Below, piece after piece: positions 1 through 13,800 of a DNA stretch of 64,000 bases (positions within the stretch are counted from its first letter, which is position 1; each line of letters opens with the position of its first letter). Below the pieces are notes generated by a model. The model ran no database searches and was not told the DNA's origin. It worked only from the letters and a program-made list of their open reading frames with translations. A program made the translations under genes and the position numbers. The DNA comes from Octopus bimaculoides (taxonomy: Eukaryota), in contig NC_068990.1 of assembly GCF_001194135.2 (NCBI RefSeq), positions 52,604,756-52,668,755 on the forward strand, read 5' to 3'.

Positions 1-57
<57 letters not shown>

Positions 58-462
58 ATATATATTCACAGCGAGTTGTTTTACACCTATTACACTATTA
101 CACTTGCCTTCGAAATGCAGAGTAGATGGATCAGGGACAACTGAAAATGGGTAATATTCTTTATGTTGCATGTCTCGTTTCTCTGTTTTTTTCGTTGTTC
201 GAAAAAAGTTCGTTTTCTGTCCTCGTCTTTATGTTTTCGTTTCTCATTGTGCTTAACGTTTTTTGTGATGTCCTGTACCCATATATGCTTGTATGTATAC
301 TTATAGATGTCGGTATGTACATATATGTATGGATATATGCATATAATTATGGTAAAAAATTGGATATTAATTAATATCAATTTAATACCATGGAGCTAGT
401 ATATTGAAAGAATCAGGAGATTCAGAAAAATTATATGAGATCTCAAAGGATTATTGTATATG

Positions 463-552
463 TATATATAAAGGAGACCACTAGGTGGACGGCTGATGTG
501 CTAGAAGAATGTGATCTTCTAGCACATTAGCCGTCCACCTAGTGGTCTTCTT

Positions 553-560
<8 letters not shown>
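463..560. repeat. Near-perfect palindrome, 46-bp arms, 6-nt loop
   Basis: Arms 463-508 and 515-560; 44 Watson-Crick pairs + 2 G:T. Confidence 0.95.
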
Positions 561-606
<46 letters not shown>

Positions 607-826
607 GCTCCGGTGAGGTGTTTTGGAACATTCACGATGTGAATGTTCCGAGTCCTCTCCCCACCCACCCTGCTCGCGAGCGCTCATTTTTTTCTTCATA
701 TGCGTTCCCAGCAAGTTGTTTTACACGTATTAGACTAATTTTTTAAAATTTTTGTCAGAGGGTCAAACACTATAGTTTAGAGGCCATGGACTAATGATGT
801 GTGACGATGTGAATTTTCTTCTCATC

Positions 827-966
827 TTTTCTTCCCAGCAGCTTCCCATCTGTTCCTTTCCTTTTCTTCCCAGTAGCTTCCCATCTGTTCCTTTCCTTTT
901 CTTCCCAGCAGCTTACCATCTGTTCCTTTCCTTTTCTTCCCAGCAGCTTCCCATCTGTTCCTTTCC
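827..966. repeat. Minisatellite, 35-bp unit x4
   Basis: (ttttcttcccagcagcttcccatctgttcctttcc)4 with two substitutions. Confidence 0.95.
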
Positions 967-3599
967 TCATTCACCTCCTCCTCTTCATCACCGGTACAGG
1001 TTTTCGTCGGTGGTGAAGCCACATTTTCATTCTCGCTGTTGCGTTTCTCTTTATCCTTCACAGGTGGTGGAGGACAATCTACTCTGATTTTTAGCACCAT
1101 GGGATAGATACCCCACCTCCTGATTTTCAGTTTGCACATATTTATACATGTGGAGGGTTGTTTTTTTATCGCGGATACCACTGACTTGTGCGTCCTTCTA
1201 TTGAGTAGTGCAGATGTGCTTGTTGGAATCACTCTTGTTAAGTAGTACCAAAAGAGGTATTATATATACTGTGTGGCAAAAAATTAAAATAAAGTGTTCA
1301 TTTTTTTTTTTTTTTTGTTTTACAAATGAAAGTGTTTTTTTTTCTACCAAATGAAACTTGAAAGTTACAAAAAAATATGAGTACCGAAATAACAGCCAAA
1401 TCTCCAACAAACCCTCTTGACACACACTCACATACATCTGTATGTAATGCACATACAGCACAAATTCGTTGAAAATAACAAAGAAATTTCATGCTACCTA
1501 CCGTTGGAATTTATTGAGGATAAACCTTGGAATTATGTTTTCAACACTATTTCATTTCGTGTTCCAAATTTTGCATGGTGACAGAAAATGAAACCATATG
1601 AATGCGTATGCGCAAGGCCTAAAAAGGAAATCATTCGACCAAACAAAATCTCATAGCCCTCCCCCCCTGTATCTGCTGCCATGTGCGCCCAATTTTGATT
1701 TTGAAGTATTCAAAAAGTTATTTAGAAATCATAAAGAGAAAGGAATGGCAGAATTGGCCTGTCCGCATTTTAAAACCAAAAATGAAAGAAAAAATTTCCA
1801 AGAACCCTTTCCCCATATCACCCACCAACCTACTTCTAAAGTTTCACTTTTAGTGTATTATTCAATGCATGCCCAATGGCGAAAAGGGTTTTAAAACTTC
1901 GTGTTTATGCTGTAGACTAGGAGGGGATCGAGAGGGGTAATTTTTTTTGTTTTTTAAATTGAAATCTTACAAAAATGTTTTTATCAGAATCATAATCTCC
2001 ATATTTTCCCTCATATTTCGCAAAAAAAAAAAAAAAAAATTTCTGAAAAAAGTGAAAAATGAAGGCATTGGTGGTGGTGGGGAAATTGAAATTTTGAAAT
2101 GCCTATTTTTGCCAATTTTTTTTCAGATTCAGAATCTCCATATCTGAAAATGAGAGTTTCTGTAAAAAAAAAAAAAAATCACATCGATATTTAAAAGTTC
2201 ATCCACTGCAAATATTTCATCATTAAAAATTTAGTTAGAATTGAGATAATTATATATAAAAGTTTTATATTTTTGTCAGAAGATTCCATTTCAAATTCAA
2301 TTTTAATTTAATATAAATATTTTTATTACTTATAAAGTAAATATCGATGTGATTCATAGGATTACCAATATATCCAACAACAAGATGAACTTTACTATAA
2401 TTATATACCAATTCTTAAATATTCTGAAAAACATATCAATTTAACAAAAAATATATATCATTTAAAATTTCCACAAACGAAAAATATGAATTTTCCAAAT
2501 TATAGGAGGGATTACTTTACAAACTTTTAAAGGACAGTATACATTTTAATATTTTTAATATTCTTAGTATTGTTTAATATTTTAATTAATATCATCTTAT
2601 TATATATACCATTCGTTTTTAACACGTATATAATAACTCCATTCATCTCTGAAGAGCGGAATTATTGCCAGTATGCTTATCTATTCTGATTACATTGTGG
2701 TTGCAATAATGTCCATGAAATGATCGTCAGATGCTTTTTAATTGTTAGACTTTCATAATATTTATACTCAATTAAGCATGCATTTTTATATGCATTTATA
2801 TATGCATGTATTTTTATGTACATTTATTTTTTTTATATATATTTATATTTTGTACATCTTAAATTTTAATTTAATTATAATACAAAATATTACTGTGTCA
2901 CATTAAACATATATCTTTTGAAATTTGGATATTGATTTCCTGTGAGTATTATTAATAATTTTATAAATTTATTAATGATATAAAAACATATATATATATA
3001 TATATATACATANNNNNNNNNNNNNNNNNNNNNNNNNNNNNNNNNNNNNNNNNNNNNNNNNNNNNNNNNNNNNNNNNNNNNNNNNNNNNNNNNNNNNNNN
3101 NNNNNNNNNNNNNNNNNNNNNNNNNNNNNNNNNNNNNNNNNNNNNNNNNNNNNNNNNNNNNNNNNNNNNNNNNNNNNNNNNNNNNNNNNNNNNNNNNNNN
3201 NNNNNNNNNNNNNNNNNNNNNNNNNNNNNNNNNNNNNNNNNNNNNNNNNNNNNNNNNNNNNNNNNNNNNNNNNNNNNNNNNNNNNNNNNNNNNNNNNNNN
3301 NNNNNNNNNNNNNNNNNNNNNNNNNNNNNNNNNNNNNNNNNNNNNNNNNNNNNNNNNNNNNNNNNNNNNNNNNNNNNNNNNNNNNNNNNNNNNNNNNNNN
3401 NNNNNNNNNNNNNNNNNNNNNNNNNNNNNNNNNNNNNNNNNNNNNNNNNNNNNNNNNNNNNNNNNNNNNNNNNNNNNNNNNNNNNNNNNNNNNNNNNNNN
3501 NNNNNNNNNNNNNNNNNNNNNNNNNNNNNNNNNNNNNNNNNNNNNNNNNNNNNNNNNNNNNNNNNNNNNNNNNNNNNNNNNNNNNNNNNNNNNNNNNNN

Positions 3600-3719
3600 T
3601 ACATGTATGTATATATGTACATGTATGTATATATGTACATGTATGTATATATGTACATGTATGTATGTATATATATATGTATGTATGTATGTATATATAT
3701 ATGTATGTATATATGTATG

Positions 3720-3762
<43 letters not shown>

Positions 3763-3794
3763 GATATATATGTATGTATGTATATATGTATGTG

Positions 3795-3827
<33 letters not shown>

Positions 3828-3970
3828 GTATGTATATATGTATGTATATATGTATGTATGTATGTATGTATTTATATATGTATATATATATGTATGTATA
3901 TATATATGTATATATATGTATATATGTATATGTATATATATGTATGTATGTATACATATATGTATGTGTG
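3600..3970. repeat. Compound (TA)n/(TATG)n microsatellite
   Basis: Directly visible, next to N-gap 3013-3599. Other TA/CA/TATG tracts at 1-60, 552-606, 34607-34680, 34930-35045, 36680-36800, 38809-38857, 56601-56640, 58660-58790 and 60022-60125. Confidence 0.95.
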
Positions 3971-4085
3971 TTTACACATGTACATTTATTTCTGCTCATC
4001 TACATTTGTGTATGCTGGTTGTAAGCATTGACCTTGCTGTTTATGTGAACAGTCGTTTGAGTACAATTTTCTGTGTAATAATATA

Positions 4086-5356
4086 CGAGGGGTGTTTGAA
4101 AAGTCTTGAGCCTAACCTAGAATTGGGGCTGCTATATAGTTGAAACAATTTTTTCTGGTAAATACAGTCTTTTTGGAGTATCCTTGCTCATTGTTTAAAC
4201 AAGCTTCGAATTTACAAGGAAAATGGAGAAAACTGAGTATTGTGCTGTCATAAAGTACCTTCATTTGGAAGGCATGACTCCATCAGAAATCCGTGAAGAT
4301 ATGGTGAGAACCTTAACAGACAATGCTCTTTCATATGCAACAGTCAAACACTGAGTAAATGAATTCAAGCATGGCAGGGAGAGTGTGGAAGATGATCCAA
4401 GACCAGGGAGACCTCCAACTGCAACCACCAAGGACAACCTTGACCTTGCTCTTGGTATGATAATGCAAGATCGCCGAATAACATGTCGTCAGATAGCCGA
4501 GAGACTGGGCATCTCAACTGAAAGAGCAGACAACATTGTGACAAAANNNNNNNNNNGTGCACCTGGTGCGTTTCTGTTCAGGTTTCTGCAAGGTGGGTCC
4601 CTCGCCTTTTGACTCCTGAACAGAAACGCACCAGGTGCACTTTGTCCACGAGCAATCTAGAACTGTTTGAAGCTGATGAAGAGAATTTTCTTGCTCGTTT
4701 CATTACTATGGACGAAAGTTGGGTCCATCACTACCAGCCTGAAACCAAAGAACAATCAAAGCACTGGAAGCATACATCTTCTCCTACCCCAAAGAAGGCC
4801 AGGGTCATTCCTTCAGCTAGCAAGGTCATGGCATCCGTTTTTTGGGATTCTCAAGGTGTCTTGCTGATCGATTACCTTGAAAAGGGTCACACCGTGACAG
4901 GGCTGTATTATATTCTCAGCTACTGAAACCCCTCTGAGAAGCAATCAAAGAAAAAAGGCCGAGAATGCTCACCAGAGGAGTCCTTTTTCATCACGACACT
5001 GCTCCAGCCCACACCTCAGTGGTTGCCATGGCAACAATTCATGATTGTGGATACGAACTTGTTCCCCACCCGTCTTATTCGCCAGACTTAGCCCCCTCTG
5101 ACTTTCATCTATTTCCAAAAATGAAAAAAAGCCCTGGCTGGTCACCATTTTGCCAGTGACAATGACGTCATAGACGCTGTAGGAAGTTTCTTGGAGTCCC
5201 AAACAAAAGAGTTCTTCTACACCGGGATAATGGTGCTTCAGCACCGCTGGAGAAAGTGTTCAGCCATTGAGGGGGACTATGTTGAAAAATAAATCATCAG
5301 AAGTCTTGTACCATGTTTTGTTTTTTTGAGGCTCAAGACTTTTCAGACACCTCTCG
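4086..5356 (+). mobile_element. Mariner (DD34D) transposon, near full length, transposase disrupted
   Basis: 28-bp TIRs (cgaggggtgtttgaaaagtcttgagcct, 2 mismatches), TA on both sides; transposase fragments FITMDESWVH, LFHHDTAPAH, YSPDLAPSDFHLF with stops/frameshifts. Confidence 0.93.
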
Positions 5357-5525
5357 TATGAGCTATTGTTTGATAGATTGGGAGATTATTATATCACTTA
5401 GAAACTGCTGGGGTTGGTGTCAGGAAAGGCATCTGGATACAAGCATAGTAAAGTAAGTGTTGATAGCCTCTTATTTTATATATGCCTACAATAAAAATCC
5501 ATTGTTTTCTGCAACTATTTTTTAG

Positions 5526-5622
5526 GGTGCACCAGTATCCTGAAGCCCTGCCAGCCATTGACTTTGCACAGTATAAGAAGCTGTTACCCAATCCAGCTAT
5601 AGTGGATACTTTTGCAAAGAAT
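5526..5622 (+). CDS. ATP5PD: ATP synthase subunit d, mitochondrial: internal coding exon (VHQYPEALPAIDFAQYKKLLPNPAIVDTFAKN)
   Basis: Poly-T/AG acceptor at 5524-5525, GTAAGT donor at 5623; 97 nt (1+32 codons). Resembles the subunit d segment LPENPPAIDWAYYK...VDDFEKK. Joins the next exon in frame. Confidence 0.93.
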
Positions 5623-6699
5623 GTAAGTATTTTAAATAATTTGTTTTCATTCTTACAAACTATTGTTAGCTCAGTTCAGCAACTGTTTCTTATTCTTCAT
5701 AATTTTCACTGTTGCTTTTTAAAATTGCCTAATGTTACTTCCCTCAATGTCAAACCCATACTGATTGAGCTAACTATCTTCCCTTACAATTTATTCCCAT
5801 TATTATCTGTTAATTGTCTCTACTTAGGGTCCTCAGCCGAGCCACTTAGCTACTTATACAGCCAGCTGACAAGTTTGGCTTTTCTATATTTGATTGTCGT
5901 GGCTGATTCCACTCAATTCTGATGTTGTCTACAGTAGTCATTGACCTCCATGTTGTATTTACTAGATGGGCTTAAATTACGATTCTGGGCATTGTCACAA
6001 GTGTGGAATTGGTAAGTGATGTTATTGTTTGCAGTGTTGAATTAAATTCTACCAACATGAAAAACTACTTGAATTGACCAGTGTCTTCTCCAGGGAAATA
6101 TTTATCTCTCCTCTTGATACTATAAAAACTGTATGTAAAAAAAGAATAATCTTTTACAACCTTGCTGTTCCTGTTATAATAATATGTCTGTCTTTGTTTT
6201 ACTCCATCCACCACACACTTCTTTATTTCTATTCTCTGTTAAGTCCTTAATATTTATCAAGTAAATTTCTATATGGTTGAGTAATCTGCCAGAAATAACA
6301 GGCAAATTTCCTCTTAAACCATACCTTGCTATCTTAAAAAGAGGATACATTCTGTAATGTATTCCTTGATAACAATATCTACAAAAAGACAGATAGGATA
6401 GCCATGGTTGGAATACTTTTAGATATCTAAAGCTGATCTGGATTTATACAACAACAACAATAATATTTACGGTAAAAGAAGTGTCTAGTTGTGTCAACCT
6501 GTACAGAGTGTTCAAGCTAAATTTCAGTAACAGCTTGATGTATTTGTGAACAGTCAAAGGCATTGGAGAGTCTAAAGATTAAAGTTGTAAGTGAGGACAT
6601 GTAGGTGAGACATGGAGGATTGGAAAAGTGTTACTTGTATCATGATATAGGGTATCAAAATACTGACTGCTGCTCAATGCTCTGTGCACACTGTAAAGG

Positions 6700-7560
6700 C
6701 TATAAGATGTGACATGGACAGCTACAACAGAGACTATGAAGCTGTGGTCAGCAAGAAGGAAATGCAGCTGGTGTTCTCACTATGTCTGCACACTGGAATT
6801 CATCAAATAACTGCAGCACAAGGTGATGGAAGATCCGAGCAAGGGAATCTGAGCTTTGGTGAGAGAGATGGGTGTTGGAGATGCCACCATGAAGCTGGCT
6901 CTGACTGAAGACCTTTGATGCCACTCATACGAGACACACAAGGGGAAAATTCTGACAGCCAAGAACTGCTTGGCAAAAGGAAAAGAAACTCCTAAACAAG
7001 CTGGGGTTGATCTGGTTCTTCTCAATGGAAATAACTTCTACCAAGACTAGCTGCATTTAGAACAACAGATGGCTTGCCTATAATATATGTGATGTTCTTC
7101 ATATCATGAACACCAAGTTCCCCCAAACTGTGATGACTTTTGGGTGTGTCACATGTGAGGATGACATCATTCTGCTCCACATCAGCTATGTGAAACTGCT
7201 GGAAGACCATATGTGTTGCAGCAGGATTTGGCACCTTGTCACACTTTTGGAAAGTGTCAAGTGGTTGTTGGAGAATTTCTATGACTTTACCAGCTTCAAT
7301 TTCTGGCCTCCTAATTCCTTCAATTGTAATCTTATGGATTACTATGTGTGGGGTATGGTTGAGAAAGGCACTAACAGCTCTGCGTACAACACAAAGGCTG
7401 AGCTGGTGGTCAAGATCAAGGAGGTGTTTGAAGATCTTCTTAGGGTCAGAGTGAGAAGTGCATGCACCAGGTTCTGGAGCTGTGGTGAAAGCTGAGGGTG
7501 GCTACTTTGAGTAAACTGTTATCTCTTGGCGATAATCTTGTTGATATTTAAAAATTAAAA
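6700..7560 (+). mobile_element. Degenerate Tc1/mariner-superfamily transposase fragment
   Basis: FWPPNSFNCNLMDYYVWGMVEK resembles the WPPNSPDLNPxDYxVW motif; ends not defined. Confidence 0.65.
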
Positions 7561-7840
7561 AAAAAAAACTTTTATTTTTGGATGGGATATTGTTTTCATT
7601 TCCTTTTATGCAAACTTTCAAATTTAGCCCAAACAACTTATAGTGATTAGGGTTAGATATGAAATGACAGCCACATGTTTGGTCACCTGATGAATTCACT
7701 AAAGTTTCATTTCCTGGCTATTCATGGTCAACCTACTTTAACTTGTATCCTTCAACCCTGGTACTATTAAACAGGCGTTGTGTTCTTTCAGTTGAAATTT
7801 TACTAAGTCTGTTATTTTTTTCTTTTTTATTTTGTTCCAG

Positions 7841-7918
7841 TACAAGGCACTATCTGTACCCTACCCAATAGATAAAGACAAGGTGCTTGATGCAGTGACA
7901 AAAGAGGAAGCCATGGTT
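7841..7918 (+). CDS. ATP5PD: ATP synthase subunit d: internal exon (YKALSVPYPIDKDKVLDAVTKEEAMV)
   Basis: tttgttccAG acceptor, GTAAGT donor, 78 nt, phase 0/0; matches the subunit d segment F/YxALKVPxPxD. Confidence 0.93.
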
Positions 7919-8220
7919 GTAAGTATTCTTATATTTTTTCTCTAATTAATCTTGATGTTGTTAATGTCATCTGTCACTTCTAATGTTTGTGTTTTACAAA
8001 TCCTGACAACTGTGAGGGTAAAAGTTGAGGATTAAGATGTTTTTGCAAAGAGGAATGTGGTGCAAGTGAATCAAAATAGCTAGTATTTGGTGACACTACA
8101 ACAGTGCTGTAAATTTGGTTAGCATAAACTTTGTTGAAATATGTTGTGTACACATGCACACACGCACACACACATGCACATGCACACACACACACACACG
8201 CACGCATGTATGTATGTATG

Positions 8221-10286
8221 AGGGACCAGCTATCTGAATTGACAGTACCTTAGTAGATAAAAGAATTAAGGATATGAAGACAGGGAAAGTTCCCAGCTCA
8301 TTAGGAATCACTGCTGAAATGTTTAAAATATCTGGTGGTGTAGGTTATAGTCTAGTCACCTGTATAGTTAACCAGGTGGTACAAGAAGGAGTCATACCCA
8401 ATGATTGGTGTAGCAGCACCGTAGTCAACTGCTACAAAAGTAAAGGTGATGGCTTTGAAAGAAATAATTACATAGGTATCAAATTATTGGATTAGGTGAT
8501 GAAAGTGATGGAGAAGGTCGTAGCCCAACTAATTAGGAAGAGAGTTTAATCTAGATGAGATGCAGTTTGGTTTTGTGCTAGGGCAAAACACCACTGATGC
8601 TATATTTCTGGTAAGGCAGCTGCAGGAGAAATACATAGCCAAAGATAAACCTCTGTACTTGGCTTTTGTTGATATGGAGAAAGCCTTTGACAGGGTCCCC
8701 CAATCCCTTATCTGGTGGTCAATGCTAAAACTAGCGGTAGATGAGTGGTTGGTGAGAGCTGTACAAGCCATGTATAGGGATGCTATCCGTAAGGTAAGGG
8801 TTCACAGCAAATATAGGTTCACAAGTAGGAGTTCATCAAGGATTAGTCCTCAGCCTCTAGTTCTCCAGGCAGTAACAGAGGAATTTATGACAGACTGCCC
8901 CTGGGAGCTCCACTATGTTGATGACCTTGTTCTTGTAGTTGAATCACTACCAGAACTAGAGAAGTTTCAGGTGTGGAAGCAATGTCTAGAATCGAAGGGC
9001 CTTAGAGTTAACATAGCAAAAATCAGTCTTAATAAGTAGCAAAGCAGATAAATCACAAATTCCCTCAGATAGATGGCCCTACTTGATTTGTAGGAAAGAT
9101 GTAGGTAGAAATTCCATTAGAGGTACCTGGTGTAAGCTGTGGACACATAAGAAGTGCAGTAATATCAGAGGAAATTTAGCAGGGTAACTAGTTTTTGTTT
9201 GTGGAAAATGTGCAGGAATGATTAACACAAAAAATGTATAAAAAATAGAATCCATCAAATGCCAGGGGGAAAAACTAGAAGTAGTAATTGATAGCTTCCA
9301 TTACCTAGGTGACCAAGTCAGTAGCGGAGGATGGATGCTCTGAATAAGAACAGGTTGGGCAAAGTTCAGAGAGCTCCTATCTCTGTTGGTAATAAAGGGC
9401 CTCTCCCTCAGAGTGAAAAGCAAATTATATGATGCCTGTGTGTGAACAGCCATGCTACATGGCAGTGAAACATGGGCTGTGACTGTTAAGGACATGTGTT
9501 GGTTTGAAAGATATGAAGCTAGTATGCTTCACTGGATGTGCAATGTCAGTGTGCATGCATGACAGAGTATAAACATCTTGAGAGAAAAGTTGGGCATAAG
9601 ATGTGGTGTGCAAGAGAGATCACTGCGTTGGTATGGTCATGTGATGCGTATGGATGTGGACAGCTGTGTGAAAAAGTGCCGAGGAAGAGACCTAGGAAGA
9701 CATGGGATGAGGTGGTGAAGCATGATCTTCAAATGCTGGGCCTCATGGAGGCAATGACTAGTGACTGAGACATTTGGTAATATGCTGTGCTTTGAAAGAC
9801 CCGTCAAGCCAAGTGAAATTATAGATGTGGCCATTGTTGGTGTCATGTAACTAGCACCTGTACCGGTGGCATGTAAAAAGCACCTTTTGAGTGTTGGGCC
9901 TCATGGAGGCAAAGTGGCCAATGCTGGTTTTGTGGAACTAGCAACTGTGCAGGTGGCATGTAAAAAGCATCTTTTTACATGCCATGGAGGCAATGACAAA
10001 TGACCAAGACCCTTGGTAATATGCTGTGCTTGAGAAGGAAGATCCATGAAGCCAAGTAAAAGCATAGTCATGACAGATACTGGTGTCATGCAGCTGGCAC
10101 CTGTGCCGGTGTCATGTAAAACCACTCATTACACTCTTGGAGTGGTTGGCATTAAGAAGGGCATCCAACTATAGAAACCATGCTAAATCAGATTGGAATC
10201 TGGTGCAGCCCCTTAGCTTACCAGCCCTGGTCAAATTGACCAACCCATGCCAGTATGGAGAACGGATGTTAAATGATGATGCTGAT
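8221..10286 (+). mobile_element. RTE-clade LINE, 5'-truncated, degenerate
   Basis: RT fragments QFGFV...AFVDMEKAFDRVP, YVDDL, GLRVN; PHD-like Cys cluster remnant; 3' UTR ending atggagaacggatgttaaatgatgat. Confidence 0.92.
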
Positions 10287-10708
10287 ATATGTGTCTATTT
10301 CAGGGGTTGACAGCTTTAGCAGAAGCTATGTTTGGCCAATTAGAATAAAGAACTCAAAACTAAGTCTGAGAGTGAAGAAATTATTTTATCCATCTTTATA
10401 AATAAAATCCATTTTGTGATCTGACAGATGTCAGTTCGCTTTACTCGTTTGGTATACCCTCCTCTTCCCTTGATGTTAATCCAATTTACTCTCTTGCCAT
10501 ACCCTCCTCTTCCCACAACGTTAGCGTTCCAATAAAAATAAGTAAATGAAAAATATGATGCAGATTGTCTGCTGGTATCTGTGTGTGTGTATGTGCAACT
10601 GTATGAGACTGTGCACGCGTGTACCTGTATGTGACTGCGTTTGTGTGTTGCCGCGTACCTATATATTTATATTATATATATATATATATTTTTTTCTATA
10701 TACACCTG

Positions 10709-10750
<42 letters not shown>

Positions 10751-10849
10751 AACATGTGTGCTTCCATTTCTCACGTACACACACACACATGTATTTGACA
10801 AACATCATTTAAAAGCGAGATTAACTGGAAATAACCGAAGTATTAGCTG

Positions 10850-13800
10850 ACGAATCATGAGCAGATGATAGCTTCATTTGATAATAGTGTCACTTAAGAA
10901 AATCATGTTATCAATGACACTAATAACTTAAATGCTATATATAATGATTGCCATGGAAACAAATGATATGAATTCATTTAACAATAGTGTTGTTTCAGAA
11001 AATTATGTTGTCAATATTAATACACCTCATAATATTGATAACCCTTTCATCATTACTGACCAAAACTTAAATAATGCAACTAATAATTTAAACAACAACA
11101 AGTGTAATTAATAATGATACAAGGAAAATTTTAAATGCCCCAGCAAGAAAACGCCAAAAAACAAATGAAATGAGTGAAAATGAGAGAGAATTTCAGAGAG
11201 CAAGAAGTTGAGAGTATCAAAGATGAAGACAGGAAAGACTCTCATTTCAAAGAAGGAATGAAATTAGAGAAGAACACAGATTGGCTCCCTAAGTGTTGGG
11301 AGAAAATTTGGCACAAGAAATAAGAGAGGAAATAAGAATTTTGCCTCTTGTGGCAAGAAATTCTCAGACTATGGAGCAAAGATCACGATATGCTGAACTA
11401 TGTACTTCTGTTAAATCATTTACAAATGCAGCATTTGATTATGAGCTGACTAAAAATTATGATAAACTATCAAATTTAGGAACAATGTCAGTAGTTTGTA
11501 AGCATTGTTGTGCAAAACTATTTAAGGATGAACCTAATGGATTATGTTGTTCAAATGGTAAAGATAAAGTAAATTTGATTGAAAGACCACCTTTAAATAC
11601 ACTAATGCTGGGGGAAAATTGGGGTTCCAAAAACTTTAAAAAAATTATCAAAAAAATAACAAATTGTTTTCAATGACAACCTTTAGAGTTGGTGAATCGA
11701 TATCTCTACCAGATCAAATCTACCATAGAATAAATTCATTGTATAATACAGATGAAAATATTCCTAAATATGCTCAAGTTTATTTTATTGATGATTTGAA
11801 TGACCAAATTGATATTGGAAATAATAAATTTCCTGCAACAAAGTTACACACTTCAAAAGGTACTCAAGGGATGCTTTTGGAAAACAATGAGCTTAGACAA
11901 ATTAAAACTATGGCATCTTTGGTTAACAAACATAATCTTAAATTGCCAATTTGTGCAGATAGAGTACCAGCTGGTGAGCATGCACGAAGGTACAATGACC
12001 GAGTATCTAATGATGTGGTATTAGTAATGGTTGGAACAGAATTTCCACAACGAAACATAATTTGTACCTATAAAGATAATACTGTAAAGAAAATCAATGA
12101 ATTGCATAGATCCTACGATTCATTACAATATCCTTTGATTCATTGGAGAGGAAATGATGGCTATTTATTAGATTTACCTTTATATAACCCAAATACAAAT
12201 CAAACAGCCCCAAATAAGAAAGTCACATGCAGGCAGTATTATGCCTATCATTTATTTACAAGAAAGAAACAGTTGGAATCAAATTCTAAGATGTAAATGA
12301 TTGTTCTAAATGTATTTAGTTGATATGTATGCCAAAATTGAATTTGAATCATCATCATCATCATCATCGTTTAACGTCCGCTTTCCATGCTAGCATGGGT
12401 TGGACGATTTGACTGAGGACTGGTGAAACCGGATGGCAACACCAGGCTCCAGTCTGATTTGGCAGAGTTTCTACAGCTGGATGCCCTTCCTAACGCCAAC
12501 CACTCAGAGAGTGTAGTGGGTGCTTTTACGTGTCACCCGCACGAAAACGGCCACGCTCNNNNNNNNNNNNNNNNNNNNNNNNNNNNNNNNNNNNNNNNNN
12601 NNNNNNNNNNNNNNNNNNNNNNNNNNNNNNNNNNNNNNNNNNNNNNNNNNNNNNNNNNNNNNNNNNNNNNNNNNNNNNNNNNNNNNNNNNNNNNNNNNNN
12701 NNNNNNNNNNNNNNNNNNNNNNNNNNNNNNNNNNNNNNNNNNNNNNNNNNNNNNNNNNNNNNNNNNNNNNNNNNNNNNNNNNNNNNNNNNNNNNNNNNNN
12801 NNNNNNNNNNNNNNNNNNNNNNNNNCTTGCCTCACCACCTCAGCCCAGGTCTTCCTGGGCCTACCTCTTCCACGGGTTCCCTCAACTGTTAGGGTGTGGC
12901 ACTTTTTCACGCAGCTATCCTCCTCCATTCTCACCACATGTCCATACCAGCGCAATCGTCTCTCTTGCACGCCACAACTGATGCTTCTAATGTTCAGCTT
13001 TTCTCTCAAGATACTTACACTCTGACGGGTATTCACATTGACATTACACATCCAACGGAGCATACTGGCTTCATTCCTTGCGAGCTTACGTATGTCCTCA
13101 GCAGTTACAGCCCATGTTTCACTGCCATGTAGCATGGTTGTTCGTACGCATGCGTCATACAGTCTGAATGTTTATTATATATTAAAGAACATCAAACCAA
13201 ACTCAGGGTTGAAGAATATTTGCTTTTAAAAGATGCTTTAGATAATGAAGAATTACTCAATCCACAAGAATTAGATAGGGCTGTAATTTTACCTTCTACT
13301 TTTGTTGGATGTCCCAAGATATTGGAAGAAAAGAACTCAAGATGCAATGTGTTATGTGAGAAAATACGGTAGGCCTAATTTATTCATAATATTCACTTGC
13401 AATCCGAAATGGGATGAAATCAAAGAGAAAATGTACAAAGGACAAAAAACTGAAGATAGGCATGACATAATTGCCAGAGTTTTCGAGCAAAAGTTGAATA
13501 AAATGATGAAAATATTGGTTGAAAAGGGTGGTGGAACATTTGGAAAAACAAAAAGGCTACATATATACGGTGGAATGGGAGAAAAGAGGTTTACCACATG
13601 CTCATAGCTTACTTTGGTTAGAGCAAAAGATTTATCCAAATCAATTAAATTCAGTAATCTCTGCAGAAATTCGCAGTCCAATTAATGGTCCTGATCTTTA
13701 TGCTATCATCATTACACAAATGGTACATGATCCATGTGGTTTATTAAATCCAAAATCTCCATGTATGAATAATGAAAAATGTGGAAAAAATTACCCAAAA

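Noticed and set aside
827-966. CRISPR-like appearance of the 35-bp repeats
   Set aside because: Head-to-tail units without spacers, eukaryotic context, no cas genes.
1380-2650. Probable repeat-derived sequence with poly-A/T and G/C runs
   Set aside because: No termini or coding motif that I can assign to a family.
2900-2945. Minus-strand GNQYPNFKR / FQKI resembling PDK1 GNEYLIFQKI
   Set aside because: The motifs are in different frames, in AT-rich sequence, with stops nearby; chance.
2890-4143. Long ORFs rich in Y/I/H/T/M/C
   Set aside because: Translations of TA/TATG microsatellites and N-runs; the same applies to ORFs at 20942-21681, 32715-33731, 34446-34697, 35657-36122 and 38532-39077.
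4557-4640. Perfect 26-bp inverted repeat inside the mariner transposase
   Set aside because: The left arm starts exactly at a 10-N gap and is a reverse copy of adjacent transposase sequence; most likely a gap-edge assembly artefact.
1-5525. Search for the ATP5PD N-terminal exon (IDW..FAE.VP)
   Set aside because: No matching exon found; it probably lies upstream of the window or in a gap.
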